Source of the DNA: Candidatus Limnocylindrales bacterium
GTDB taxonomy: Bacteria > Chloroflexota > Limnocylindria > Limnocylindrales > CSP1-4
Direction: 5' to 3'
NCBI GenBank assembly: GCA_036758145.1
Contig: DAIOXD010000001.1
Span: 1-52,274 of the forward strand
Length of the DNA stretch: 52,274 nucleotides
Shown: in pieces, positions 37,580 to 46,022 of the stretch
Numbering within the stretch: the first letter of the stretch is position 1
How the letters are laid out: every line of letters begins with the position of its first letter
Program-made: the position numbers and the translations under genes
The notes under the pieces: model-generated
The model's input: only the letters and a program-made list of their open reading frames with translations
Told to the model about the DNA's origin: nothing
The model's database searches: none

Positions 37580-37683
37580 AACGCGTATCAATGACCGGTT
37601 GTCGGCACCTTGTCAAGCCCGTCCCGCAACCGAACCGCCCACCCGGCGATCTTCCGGCCCGTCCTGCTCGTGGAGACCCAACG

Positions 37684-39378
37684 GTGCGACCCGCCCGCAT
37701 TGCATCGGTCGTGCGATCCCCCCGGTTCGGCGATGATTGGTGGCGGCGGGGCGTGGTCTACCAGATCTACCCACGGAGCTTCGCCGACACCGACGGCGAC
37801 GGCGTCGGGGACCTGCCCGGGATCATCGCCCACCTCGACCATCTGGGACCCGACGGTCTTGGCGTCGACGCGATCTGGCTCTCCCCGATCTACCCGTCAC
37901 CCGGGTTGGATCTCGGCTATGACGTGAGCGACCACGAGCGCGTCGACCGGCTGTTCGGCACCGAGGAGGACTTCGACCGGCTCGTGGCTGAGGCGCACGA
38001 CCGTGGCATCCGGGTCGTGCTCGACCTGGTCATGAACCACACCAGCGATGCCCACCGCTGGTTCGGATCGTCGAGTGCCGGTCGGACGGGCCCGCATGCC
38101 GACTGGTACCTGTGGCGCGACGCGGCCGGCGTCGGGCCGGACGGGGAGCGGCTGCCGCCCAACGACTGGGTGTCCTGGTTCGGCGGCTCGGGCTGGGAGT
38201 GGGAGCCCTCCCGCGAGCAGTTCTATTTCCACACGTTCCTCCCCGAGCAGCCGGAGCTGAACTGGCGCGCGCCGGGCGTCGAGGACGCCCAGTTCGCGAT
38301 GGTCCGTGGCTGGCTCGAGCGGGGCGTCGACGGCTTCCGGCTCGACACCTTCAACTGCTTCCTCAAGCACCCCGACCTGCCGTCCAACCCGACCCGGTCG
38401 GGAACGACCGCCTGGACTCGTCAGGTCCATGTCCATGACCGGGATCAGCCCGACCTCCCCGAGCTCATCGGGCGCTTCCGGGCGATCGTCGATTCGGCAC
38501 CCGGACGGATGTCGGTGGGGGAGCTGTTCGACGGCAGGATCGAGACCGCCGCGAACCTGGCCACCGATCGTCACCTCGTCTTCGACTGGGAGCTCATCTC
38601 CACGGCCTGGACCGGCGAATCGGTGCGTGCGGCGGTGTCCGCGCGCGAGTCGGCCTTCGGTCGAGGGAAGTGGCCGACGGCGGTCCTCTCCAACCACGAC
38701 CAGCCCCGCCACGCCTCCCGCTTCGCCCAGTCGGTCGGGCAGTCCGTCGGGGCGGCCGACCAGGATGCGGTCGCTCGGGCGGCCGCGGTCCTGCTGCTGA
38801 CGCTTCGCGGGACGCCGTTCATCTACTACGGCGAGGAGATCGGGCTGGGCGACGTCGACATCCCGCCCGAGGAGAGCGTCGATCCGCCCGCCAAGCGCAC
38901 CTTCGCGGACTTCGTGTGGTGGGATCGGTCGCGTTGCCGCACCCCGATGCCGTGGTCCGGCGGGCCCGGGGCCGGGTTCACCAGCGGTCGGCCGTGGTTG
39001 CGCCTCGGACCCGATGCGGACACGAGGAACGTCGCCGCACAACTCGCGGACCCGGGATCGGTCCTTGCCTTGTACCGCCGGCTGATCGCCCTCCGCGCGG
39101 CGACGCCGGCCCTCCAGGTCGGCGATCTCGAGCTCCAGCCGATGACCGAACCCGACGTGGTCGCCTACACGCGCGATGCGGACGGCCAGTGCATCCTCGT
39201 CGTCCTGAACCTGGGCCCGGCCGGCCTGACCTGGCGTCTTCCCGAGGCGCCCGATGGGATGGGCTGGCGGCTCATCCTGACGACGAGCACCTCCCGGTCG
39301 CCCGACGCGGTCCTCGTCGGCGGGTCGCTCGCCATCCTTGAGGCCGATGAGGGGCTGATCCTCGAACGAATGACCTAG
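37684..39378 (+). CDS. GH13 alpha-glucosidase / oligo-1,6-glucosidase-like
   Basis: Motifs are WWRRGVVYQIYPRSFADTDGDGVGDL, DLVMNHTS, the nucleophile region GFRLDTFN, the acid/base region VGELF, and SNHDQPR. I chose the GTG at 37684 (GGAGA 7 nt upstream). The ATG at 37591 would add 31 low-complexity residues and abuts the operator. Confidence 0.9.
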   Translation: MRPARIASVVRSPRFGDDWWRRGVVYQIYPRSFADTDGDGVGDLPGIIAHLDHLGPDGLGVDAIWLSPIYPSPGLDLGYDVSDHERVDRLFGTEEDFDRLVAEAHDRGIRVVLDLVMNHTSDAHRWFGSSSAGRTGPHADWYLWRDAAGVGPDGERLPPNDWVSWFGGSGWEWEPSREQFYFHTFLPEQPELNWRAPGVEDAQFAMVRGWLERGVDGFRLDTFNCFLKHPDLPSNPTRSGTTAWTRQVHVHDRDQPDLPELIGRFRAIVDSAPGRMSVGELFDGRIETAANLATDRHLVFDWELISTAWTGESVRAAVSARESAFGRGKWPTAVLSNHDQPRHASRFAQSVGQSVGAADQDAVARAAAVLLLTLRGTPFIYYGEEIGLGDVDIPPEESVDPPAKRTFADFVWWDRSRCRTPMPWSGGPGAGFTSGRPWLRLGPDADTRNVAAQLADPGSVLALYRRLIALRAATPALQVGDLELQPMTEPDVVAYTRDADGQCILVVLNLGPAGLTWRLPEAPDGMGWRLILTTSTSRSPDAVLVGGSLAILEADEGLILERMT

Positions 39379-39444
39379 CGAAGGCGGCCAGCGCCCCTGC
39401 TACGATGACGCTCGATCCATGTCACCAACGCCGGGGAGCTCCAC

Positions 39445-40197
39445 GTGCCGCTTGATTTCCTGAAGCGCAAGGGGAAGGACGACGCGCCTGCCGTCGCGGG
39501 CCCGGCGTCCAATGCGTCGGCCTTGATGCCCGAAGAGGTCGTCGCCCAGGACCACCTGCTCAAGCTCTATTACGCGGGCAAGAGCAGCGAGGGCGTCCGC
39601 CTCAAGGCCGGACCCGCCGCCATCGCCGAGCTGCCGATGATGCTGGTCGGACTCGCGCAGGCGGAGATCGAGGTCGTCGAGCCCCTGCCCATCGAGTTCA
39701 GCCAGGCGACGCCCACGATCGTCAGCCCGTCCGAGGCGATGCAGTGGCTCAACGCCCATCACGTCCATTCGCCGATCACCCGGCACGCCCTGGTCGTGCT
39801 CGAGTCGATCGATGCCGTCGACCTCGCCTTCGATACCTTCGTCTGCTCACTGCTTGACGGGGAGGTGGACACGGCCGGCTACCCGGAATACAACGCCATC
39901 GTCGGCGGCGTGGCGGCGCACTGGGACGAGGCGACGGGCGACATGATCTGCCGGGCCGTGGTCGGTTGGGGCGGCAAAGGCGTCCGCGGCGACACGGACC
40001 GGATCGGCGCCAAGCTCCTGGGTGGCATCCTCAGCAACATCCTCGCCAGCCAGTACGCGCTCGGGCTGACCAGCATCGAGCGCCCGGTCCCGGCCGCTGG
40101 ACGCGGCGGGCTCGTCTGCGCGCATTGCGGCTTCGCGTCGGCGCACGAGCGGGCGTTCTACTGCCCGAAATGCGGCATGCGCCTCCTCCGCGGCTGA
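39445..40197 (+). CDS. hypothetical protein with C-terminal zinc ribbon
   Basis: GTG start preceded by GGGGAG; 250 aa. The C-terminus is CAHCGFASAHERAFYCPKCG (CxxC-N12-CxxC). I recognise no family for the remaining ~220 aa. Confidence 0.6.
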   Translation: MPLDFLKRKGKDDAPAVAGPASNASALMPEEVVAQDHLLKLYYAGKSSEGVRLKAGPAAIAELPMMLVGLAQAEIEVVEPLPIEFSQATPTIVSPSEAMQWLNAHHVHSPITRHALVVLESIDAVDLAFDTFVCSLLDGEVDTAGYPEYNAIVGGVAAHWDEATGDMICRAVVGWGGKGVRGDTDRIGAKLLGGILSNILASQYALGLTSIERPVPAAGRGGLVCAHCGFASAHERAFYCPKCGMRLLRG

Positions 40198-40211
40198 GAT
40201 CCCGCCGCCAG

Positions 40212-40559
40212 ATGCCGGCCTACGACTACGACTGCGCCGCGTGCGGCCGGCGGTTCGAGGTCATCCATGGCGTCCACGCCGACGGGCCGACGACATGTCC
40301 GCTTTGTGGCAAGGGTCCGGTGCGCAAGGCGATCAGCGCGCCGGCGGTCCATTACAAGGGCTCGGGCTGGGCCAAGAAGGAGCGCCGGACTACCCGGACG
40401 ACAGCCGATTCGAGCTCGACGTCGACCGACGACGCCTCCGACGGCGATGGAGCCTCGAGCACCGACGGCGGCTCCGCAAAGGAGACCGCCACGCCCGAGA
40501 AGCCATCGACAGCCCCGAAGAAGCCGGCCGACGCCGGCGCGACGTCAAAGACCGACTGA
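40212..40559 (+). CDS. FmdB-family zinc-ribbon protein
   Basis: MPAYDYDCAACGRRFEVIHGVHADGPTTCPLCG is the CxxC_CxxC_SSSS-type signature. It is followed by a Ser/Thr/Asp-rich tail. Trimmed from ORF 39966..40559. Confidence 0.85.
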   Translation: MPAYDYDCAACGRRFEVIHGVHADGPTTCPLCGKGPVRKAISAPAVHYKGSGWAKKERRTTRTTADSSSTSTDDASDGDGASSTDGGSAKETATPEKPSTAPKKPADAGATSKTD

Positions 40560-40564
40560 CCGGG

Positions 40565-40804
40565 ATGCCCGCGCCGACCGACTGGATCACACTGGCGGAG
40601 GCGGCCGAGATCCTGGCCGCTTCGAACGTCCGTTTCACGACGTCGACGATCGGTGGCTGGGCTCGGGCGGGCAGGCTGCAGAGCATCAAGCTGGGTGGCC
40701 GGCGGTTCGTCCGTCGCGGTGAGGTCCGGGCGCTCGTCGCCGCGCCCCGCCGGATCCGTGTCACGGACCTTCAGCCCGTCATGTTCGAGGATCTGGGCGG
40801 CTGA
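40565..40804 (+). CDS. excisionase/MerR-like helix-turn-helix protein (79 aa)
   Basis: ITLAEAAEILAASNVRFTTSTIGGWARAGRLQSIKLGGRRFVRRGEVRALV fits the HTH_17 pattern. The ATG is 5 nt after the fmdB-like stop. Confidence 0.7.
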   Translation: MPAPTDWITLAEAAEILAASNVRFTTSTIGGWARAGRLQSIKLGGRRFVRRGEVRALVAAPRRIRVTDLQPVMFEDLGG

Positions 40805-40817
40805 AGCGGCCCGACCC

Positions 40818-41738
40818 ATGGACCCGGCTGCGTTCCTCGCGCGATTCCTCGACCGGCCCAGGGTGGCGAGGGTCATGCGGGTCCTCGACATCTATGGCCG
40901 GGCCGCGGGTGGCCTGCTCGCGAACGGCCTCGCATTCTCCGCGCTCTTCGCTGCCATCCCGATCGCGCTGCTCGTGCTTGGCGTCGGCGGCTACGTGGCG
41001 GCCGGCAACCCAGCGGCGCGGGATCGGCTGGCCCAGGCGCTGATCGAGGCGTTCCCGCCACTGACCGATCTGATCGATGGGGCTGTTGCGGCCCTCAGCA
41101 AGGGCGCTGCCCTGACGTCGATCATCGGGTTCGTCGGCGTCATCTGGACCGTCAGTCAGGTGTACGGCGCCTTCGATGTTGCGTTCGCACGGATCTTCGC
41201 TGCGGCCCCCGAGCGTGACATGGTCAACCGGACGATCCGCGGCCTGCTGGTGGTCCTCCTGCTGGGCGTCGCCGTCGTGGCCTTCGTCATCCTCGTGTCG
41301 CTCGCCGGGTTCCTCGACGCGCTGATCCCGACCGCCGTGCCCGTCGCCGGCGCCATGGTCGCTGTCGTCCGCTCGGTCCCGTTCCTGATCGCGCTCGCCA
41401 TCGGCATCGTGCTGGTGATGTACCGGACCCTGCCACCGACCGCGCCGCGCTGGAGATCGGCATCGATCCCGGCGGCGGTGGTCGGCATCGTGGTCGTGAT
41501 CCTGAGCCAGGTCTTCTCGCTGCTGGTGCCCCGGCTGGTCGGGGTGGCCGCGCTGGCCGGGTCCCTCGCATCCGCGTTCATCGCGCTCGCCTGGCTGTCC
41601 TTCACGTTCCAGGCGATCCTCTACGGAGCCGCCTGGGTGAGGGCGCGTGATGAGGGGGCGGACGCGGCCGCGACGGCATCAGCTGGGCTGGGACGTCCCG
41701 CAGCGACGGCAGAACCTGGCGTTGGCGGAGAGCGATAG
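40818..41738 (+). CDS. YihY/BrkB-family membrane protein
   Basis: Trimmed to the internal ATG (MDPAAFLARFL...). LANGLAFSALFAAIPIALLVLG and six TM helices are typical of YihY. Confidence 0.8.
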   Translation: MDPAAFLARFLDRPRVARVMRVLDIYGRAAGGLLANGLAFSALFAAIPIALLVLGVGGYVAAGNPAARDRLAQALIEAFPPLTDLIDGAVAALSKGAALTSIIGFVGVIWTVSQVYGAFDVAFARIFAAAPERDMVNRTIRGLLVVLLLGVAVVAFVILVSLAGFLDALIPTAVPVAGAMVAVVRSVPFLIALAIGIVLVMYRTLPPTAPRWRSASIPAAVVGIVVVILSQVFSLLVPRLVGVAALAGSLASAFIALAWLSFTFQAILYGAAWVRARDEGADAAATASAGLGRPAATAEPGVGGER

Positions 41739-43160
41739 CCCGCAGCTGACGCAGGGCTGAACGCCACCCACCGCGCGACCAGTGGTCGGGGCTACGACCT
41801 CTCGTGTCGATTCGGCCCACAGGGCTTCGAGGCCGCCTTGAGGCGTCGCCGCACGACCCAGGAACGGCAGGCCGGCCGCGGGTATGCCGCCAAGCCACTC
41901 GGGCCGCGTCGGCCACTGTGGCTCTGCGTTGGGGTCGGCCGCGGTCGCGGCAGCCGGGATGGTCACGCTCGGTTCGGCGGTCGGCGTGACTGGGCCCTCG
42001 GCCGAGGGATCGGGGGCCACCATCCGCCACGTCGGCTGCGGCACGACGTCGACGACCGGAGTGTTCGGCACGGGTTCTGAGGCAACGGGCTCGGGCTCGG
42101 CCGCGACCGGCTCGGGCTCGGCGACGGGCTTGGGCTCGGCCAGCGGCTCGGCTTCGGCGGTCACTTCGGGTTCGGCCACAGCCTTCGGCTCGGCCACGAC
42201 CTCCGGCTCGGCCACGGCCTGGGGCTCGGCGACCATCTCCGGCTCGGCGATCGGTTCCGGCGCGGCCAACGCCTCTGGCGAGGCGGCAGGCTCCGGTTCC
42301 GCGACAGCCACGGGCTCAGGCTCGGCTTCGGCCGCGATCGCGGGCTCAGGTTCAGGTTCGGCCACGATCTCGAGCGGGGCTGCGATCTCGGGCTCACCGG
42401 TAGCCTCGGGCTCGGCGACCACGTCGGCCTCGGCGACCACGTCGGCCTCGGCAACGACCTCGGCCTCAGCCTCGGCGATCATCTCGGGCTCAGCCGTCAG
42501 TTCGGCGAGGCGATCCTGTTCGAAGGCATCCAGGCCGGCGTCGATGCTCTCGCCTGGCCGGAATCGTTCGAGCAGACCGCCCGTTTGCGCCGTGGTCTTC
42601 TCGCGGACGCTCCGGCGGGCCTTCGGATCCATGACCGGCGCCCCGGCCGTGAGCGAGTCCAGGCGGGCGGCCAGATCGAACTCGCCTTCGCCGTCGCTCG
42701 GTGCTGAATCCGCCACCGCTGCGACATCGCCGAAGCCGAGATCGTTCGTGCCGTTGGAACCATTCGAGCCATTGAAGCCAGCCTCGGCACCGACGAGCCC
42801 GGTCGTCGCAAAGTCCGGGAACGGGGCGGGCAGGATCTCGTGGCCGAGATGCGGCGCGCAGGTCAGGCAGCGGGCCTCGACCTCGTTCCAGCAATTCGGA
42901 CACGTGTACTGCCGGCAGGTCATGCAGAAGTTGAAGGTCTTGTGGAACGCGTCGAGCTGGTGCGAGGTCAACTCGCGGTCGGTGTCGGACCGGGCAGCGG
43001 CCATCGCCTCGTCCATCGACGCGTCATCGGAGAGCACGAAGTTCTTCAGGCCCCGCGACAGGACGCGGACGCCCTTCAGACGTGCACGCGGGCGCGCCGA
43101 CTCGAAGGTATAGCGAGTGCCACACCGCTCGCAGAAGGATTCGGTCAGGATCTCGGTCAT
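41679..43160 (-). CDS. zinc-ribbon / acidic hexapeptide-repeat protein (hypothetical)
   Basis: Trimmed to the internal ATG (MTEILTESFCERCGTRYTFE...). It has an N-terminal Cys cluster (CxxC ... CxxCx4CxxCx8CxxC), a Glu/Pro/Ala/Val repeat core of about 145 aa, and a C-terminal zinc ribbon (CVSCGLSLSANARFCRRCG). I recognise no family. Confidence 0.65.
   Translation of the reverse strand: MTEILTESFCERCGTRYTFESARPRARLKGVRVLSRGLKNFVLSDDASMDEAMAAARSDTDRELTSHQLDAFHKTFNFCMTCRQYTCPNCWNEVEARCLTCAPHLGHEILPAPFPDFATTGLVGAEAGFNGSNGSNGTNDLGFGDVAAVADSAPSDGEGEFDLAARLDSLTAGAPVMDPKARRSVREKTTAQTGGLLERFRPGESIDAGLDAFEQDRLAELTAEPEMIAEAEAEVVAEADVVAEADVVAEPEATGEPEIAAPLEIVAEPEPEPAIAAEAEPEPVAVAEPEPAASPEALAAPEPIAEPEMVAEPQAVAEPEVVAEPKAVAEPEVTAEAEPLAEPKPVAEPEPVAAEPEPVASEPVPNTPVVDVVPQPTWRMVAPDPSAEGPVTPTAEPSVTIPAAATAADPNAEPQWPTRPEWLGGIPAAGLPFLGRAATPQGGLEALWAESTREVVAPTTGRAVGGVQPCVSCGLSLSANARFCRRCGTSQPS
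42065..42497 (-). repeat. imperfect 18-nt (hexapeptide AEPxxV) tandem repeats inside a CDS
   Basis: The protein reads ...AEPEMV AEPQAV AEPEVV AEPKAV AEPEVT AEAEPL AEPKPV AEPEPV.... On the + strand this appears as a recurring GGCTCGGC(C/G)AC periodicity. Confidence 0.8.
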
Positions 43161-43345
43161 CGGGTCCCCGGGGTATCCGCACGGACGACGCTCGGACGAC
43201 CAAGCCGCCCAAGCGGGACGAGAGTATAGCGCAGGGTCAAATGCGCCCTTCCACCGGGCGTACCCCACGACCACGCCGAATGTCAGGGTCGGAGAGGGGC
43301 CGTTCAGGGCATCGGCGGACCCTCTGGTAGACTCCGCCACCGACC

Positions 43346-44137
43346 ATGCCGCCCCTTGCCGCCATCGAGCGGTTCTTCGAACGGTTGTTTGAGCGTCCGT
43401 CGGCTCGGCTCTTCCGCGCGCGCCTGCAACCGATCCAGCTCCAGCGACGGATCGAACGCGCGATGGAGGGCGAGCGGCTGACGACCTCCGACCGGACGCT
43501 CGTCCCGAATCGCTTCGTGGTCCACCTGAATCCGACCGATCTCGCCGACTTCGGCGAGATGTCGACGCGACTCGCCTCGGAGCTGGCCGACAGCGCCCTG
43601 TCCTTCGCTCGCGCGCATCGATATACGGTCGTGGACCGGCCGCGGGTCGATCTCCTGGCCGATCCGACCGTCCTTCGGACCGATATCCGCGTCGACGCGC
43701 GGTTCGCCGAGCCGATGCTCGGGCGCACCGGACAGGCGCCGGTCGCGCCGGCCGACGAAACGGCGGCCGAGGGACCCACGGGCGAACCGGATCCGTCCGA
43801 AACGAGGGTGTATTCGATCCCGCGTCCGCGGACGCCGCGGGCAGTCCTGCGTGTCTCGGACCCGGACGGCCGCGTCCGGGAGGTCGTGGTCGAAGGTGGC
43901 AACCTGACCATCGGGCGGGCGACCGACAACGACCTGGTTGCGGTCGATGGTCGCGTTTCTCGACATCACGGGCGGATCGTTGGCCGGCGCGGGACCCTCG
44001 TCTACGAGGATCTGGGCAGCACCAACGGCTCGCACGTCAATGGCGAGCTCGTGATCGAGGTCGTGCTGGGCGTCGGCGACCGGCTCGAGGTGGGGGATAC
44101 GGCGCTCGTCGTCGAGGTCGCCGGGGCGCCCGACTGA
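43346..44137 (+). CDS. fhaA: FhaA-like protein (DUF3662 N-domain + FHA domain)
   Basis: The N-terminus IERFFERLFERPSARLF...PIQLQRRIERAME...TLVPNRFVVHLNPTDL is DUF3662-like. The C-terminal FHA domain reads LTIGRATDNDLVAVDGRVSRHHGRI...YEDLGSTNGSHVNG. Confidence 0.88.
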   Translation: MPPLAAIERFFERLFERPSARLFRARLQPIQLQRRIERAMEGERLTTSDRTLVPNRFVVHLNPTDLADFGEMSTRLASELADSALSFARAHRYTVVDRPRVDLLADPTVLRTDIRVDARFAEPMLGRTGQAPVAPADETAAEGPTGEPDPSETRVYSIPRPRTPRAVLRVSDPDGRVREVVVEGGNLTIGRATDNDLVAVDGRVSRHHGRIVGRRGTLVYEDLGSTNGSHVNGELVIEVVLGVGDRLEVGDTALVVEVAGAPD

Positions 44138-44574
44138 TGGACGGCTTCCTGCTCGTGCTGTGGGCCGTCCGCCTGCTGTTCCTCGGCCTTTTGTATCTCT
44201 TTCTCTTCCGCGTCATCCGGGCGTTGCTGCGCGACCTTCGAGCGGCAGCGCGCGAACCGGGTGCTCGACCGGGCCGCCTCGTCGTCCTCGAATCGCCCAG
44301 TGGCGAACCGACGGCCGGCCAGTCGTTCGGCCTCGACGTCATCACGCCGCTCGGCCGCGACGTCAATAACGCGATCGTGATCGACGACCCCTTCGCCTCG
44401 GCCGACCACGCCGTCCTGACCTATCGTGGGCGAAGCTGGTATCTCGAAGACCTGGGCAGCACCAACGGCTCGTACATCAACGGCCGGCGGGTCGACGGCG
44501 TGGCGCCGATGGGCTTCGGGGATGAGCTCCAGATCGGCCAGGTCCGGATGCGCCTCGAGCGGGCGATCGGATGA
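44137..44574 (+). CDS. fhaB: FhaB/FipA-like membrane-anchored FHA protein
   Basis: N-terminal TM helix (FLLVLWAVRLLFLGLLYLFLF) plus an FHA domain (LGRDVNNAIVIDDPFASADHAVL...LEDLGSTNGSYINGRRV). Its start overlaps the fhaA stop (TGATG). Confidence 0.88.
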   Translation: MDGFLLVLWAVRLLFLGLLYLFLFRVIRALLRDLRAAAREPGARPGRLVVLESPSGEPTAGQSFGLDVITPLGRDVNNAIVIDDPFASADHAVLTYRGRSWYLEDLGSTNGSYINGRRVDGVAPMGFGDELQIGQVRMRLERAIG

Positions 44575-46022
44575 CCTCGGGAGCGACGCCAGTCCGTCGC
44601 GGCGCCACGATCCCGCGGAGCCTCGGGCCGATCCGGCCGCGACCACGCTGGCTGGAGCTGCGTCTCCTCGGGTTCGTGGCGATGACGCTCGTGGTCGGGA
44701 GTCTCTCGCTCGGTGCGACCGCGTCCCTTGGCGCGACCGCCGGGCGCGCGTTCAAGCTGTACGACGCGCAGGGTCTGGCGATCTACCTCGGGGCGCTCCT
44801 TGTCGCGCACGTCGCGCAGGTGCTGGCCGGTCGCCGGACGGATCAGGTCCTGTTGCCGACCGTGGCGATGCTCGGGGGCATCTCGCTGCTCCTGATGCAG
44901 CGGCTGCCGCAGGATCTCGTCACCCAGACCTTCTTCGGGGCGACGCTCGGCCTCGGCCAGGTCCAGCTCGTCTGGCTGCTGCTCGCGCTTGGCGTGGCAA
45001 CGACGTTGGGGATCGTCGTCCGCTCGGACAGTTGGTTGCGTCGCTACAAGTACACCTGGGCGGCCGTCGGGGTGGGACTCCTGCTCCTGACATTCGTGTT
45101 CGGTACCGTGATCAATGGCCAGCGCCTGACGCTCCAGCTGGGTCCGTTCGCCGGCCAGCCGACGGAGCTCCTGAAGGTGATCCTCGTCGTCTTCCTCGCC
45201 GGCTACCTCTCGGAGAACCGTACGCTGTTGGTCGAGCAGGACACCCGGGTCGGCCCGCTCCGGCTGCCACCGTTGCCCTACCTCGCGCCGATGGTCGCGA
45301 TGTGGGCGATCGCCCTGGTGATCGTCGTCATCCAGCGCGACCTGGGTGCCGCGCTGCTCTTCTTCGGCGTCTTTCTCGCGCTCCTGTACGTCGCGACCGG
45401 GCGGCTCAGCCTGGTGATCATCGGTTTCGTGCTGTTCCTCCTCGGAAGCGCGCTGATGGCGATGCTGGTGGACCACATCCGGACGCGAGTCGACGTCTGG
45501 ATCAACCCATTCGCTGATCCGCTGGGCGCGGGTTACCAGGTCGTCCAGGCGCTCCACGCCTTCGCCCGCGGGGGCCTGCTCGGGGTCGGCCTGGGCGCGG
45601 GCCTGCCGTCCATCGGCGGCAGGCCGCCGATACCGGAAGTCCATACCGACTTCCCGCTGGCGGCCCTCGGCGAGGAGCTCGGCATCGTCGGCGTCATCGC
45701 GATCCTCGGGCTCTATCTCGTGGTCGTCGAGCGTGGCCTGCGAATCGGTGCCGCCGCGGCCGACGACTTCCGGTCGCTCGTCGCGATCGGTCTCGCCCTG
45801 GTGATCGGCGTCCAGGCGTTCATCATCGCGGCGGGCGACCTCAAGGTGCTGCCGCTGACGGGCGTCACCTTGCCGTTCATCAGCTACGGCGGTTCCTCGC
45901 TGCTCGCGAATGCGCTCGTCGTAGGGCTACTCCTCGCGCTCTCGGACAAAGGCGTCGAAGCCCCACCGGCGCCGCGCGTCGGATCGCGCTGGCGTCGACG
46001 CGGTCGACGGGCGACGGCCTGA
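44571..46022 (+). CDS. rodA: FtsW/RodA/SpoVE-family peptidoglycan polymerase
   Basis: A SEDS protein of about 10 TM helices with PTELLKVILVVFLAGYL, DLGAALLF, PEVHTDFPLAALGEELG and LPLTGVTLPFISYGGSS. It overlaps fhaB by 4 nt. Confidence 0.92.
   Translation: MTSGATPVRRGATIPRSLGPIRPRPRWLELRLLGFVAMTLVVGSLSLGATASLGATAGRAFKLYDAQGLAIYLGALLVAHVAQVLAGRRTDQVLLPTVAMLGGISLLLMQRLPQDLVTQTFFGATLGLGQVQLVWLLLALGVATTLGIVVRSDSWLRRYKYTWAAVGVGLLLLTFVFGTVINGQRLTLQLGPFAGQPTELLKVILVVFLAGYLSENRTLLVEQDTRVGPLRLPPLPYLAPMVAMWAIALVIVVIQRDLGAALLFFGVFLALLYVATGRLSLVIIGFVLFLLGSALMAMLVDHIRTRVDVWINPFADPLGAGYQVVQALHAFARGGLLGVGLGAGLPSIGGRPPIPEVHTDFPLAALGEELGIVGVIAILGLYLVVVERGLRIGAAAADDFRSLVAIGLALVIGVQAFIIAAGDLKVLPLTGVTLPFISYGGSSLLANALVVGLLLALSDKGVEAPPAPRVGSRWRRRGRRATA

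Noticed and set aside
37591-37683. The ATG at 37591 as the start of the GH13 alpha-glucosidase.
   Set aside because: It adds 31 Pro/Arg-rich residues not seen before the WW..YQIYPRSF N-terminus and directly abuts the candidate operator. The GTG at 37684 has a GGAGA SD. The ATG cannot be fully excluded without homologue alignment.
40565-40804. The excisionase-like HTH protein as a marker of a prophage or integrative element.
   Set aside because: There is no integrase, att-like repeat, phage gene or compositional break nearby. It is embedded in a tightly spaced operon with chromosomal-type genes.
42065-42497. Periodic GGCTCGGC-type repeats that could look like a CRISPR array or a VNTR.
   Set aside because: The period is 18 nt with no unique spacers. 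The tract is in frame inside a long ORF and encodes AEPxxV hexapeptides. It is a coding tandem repeat, not a CRISPR array.
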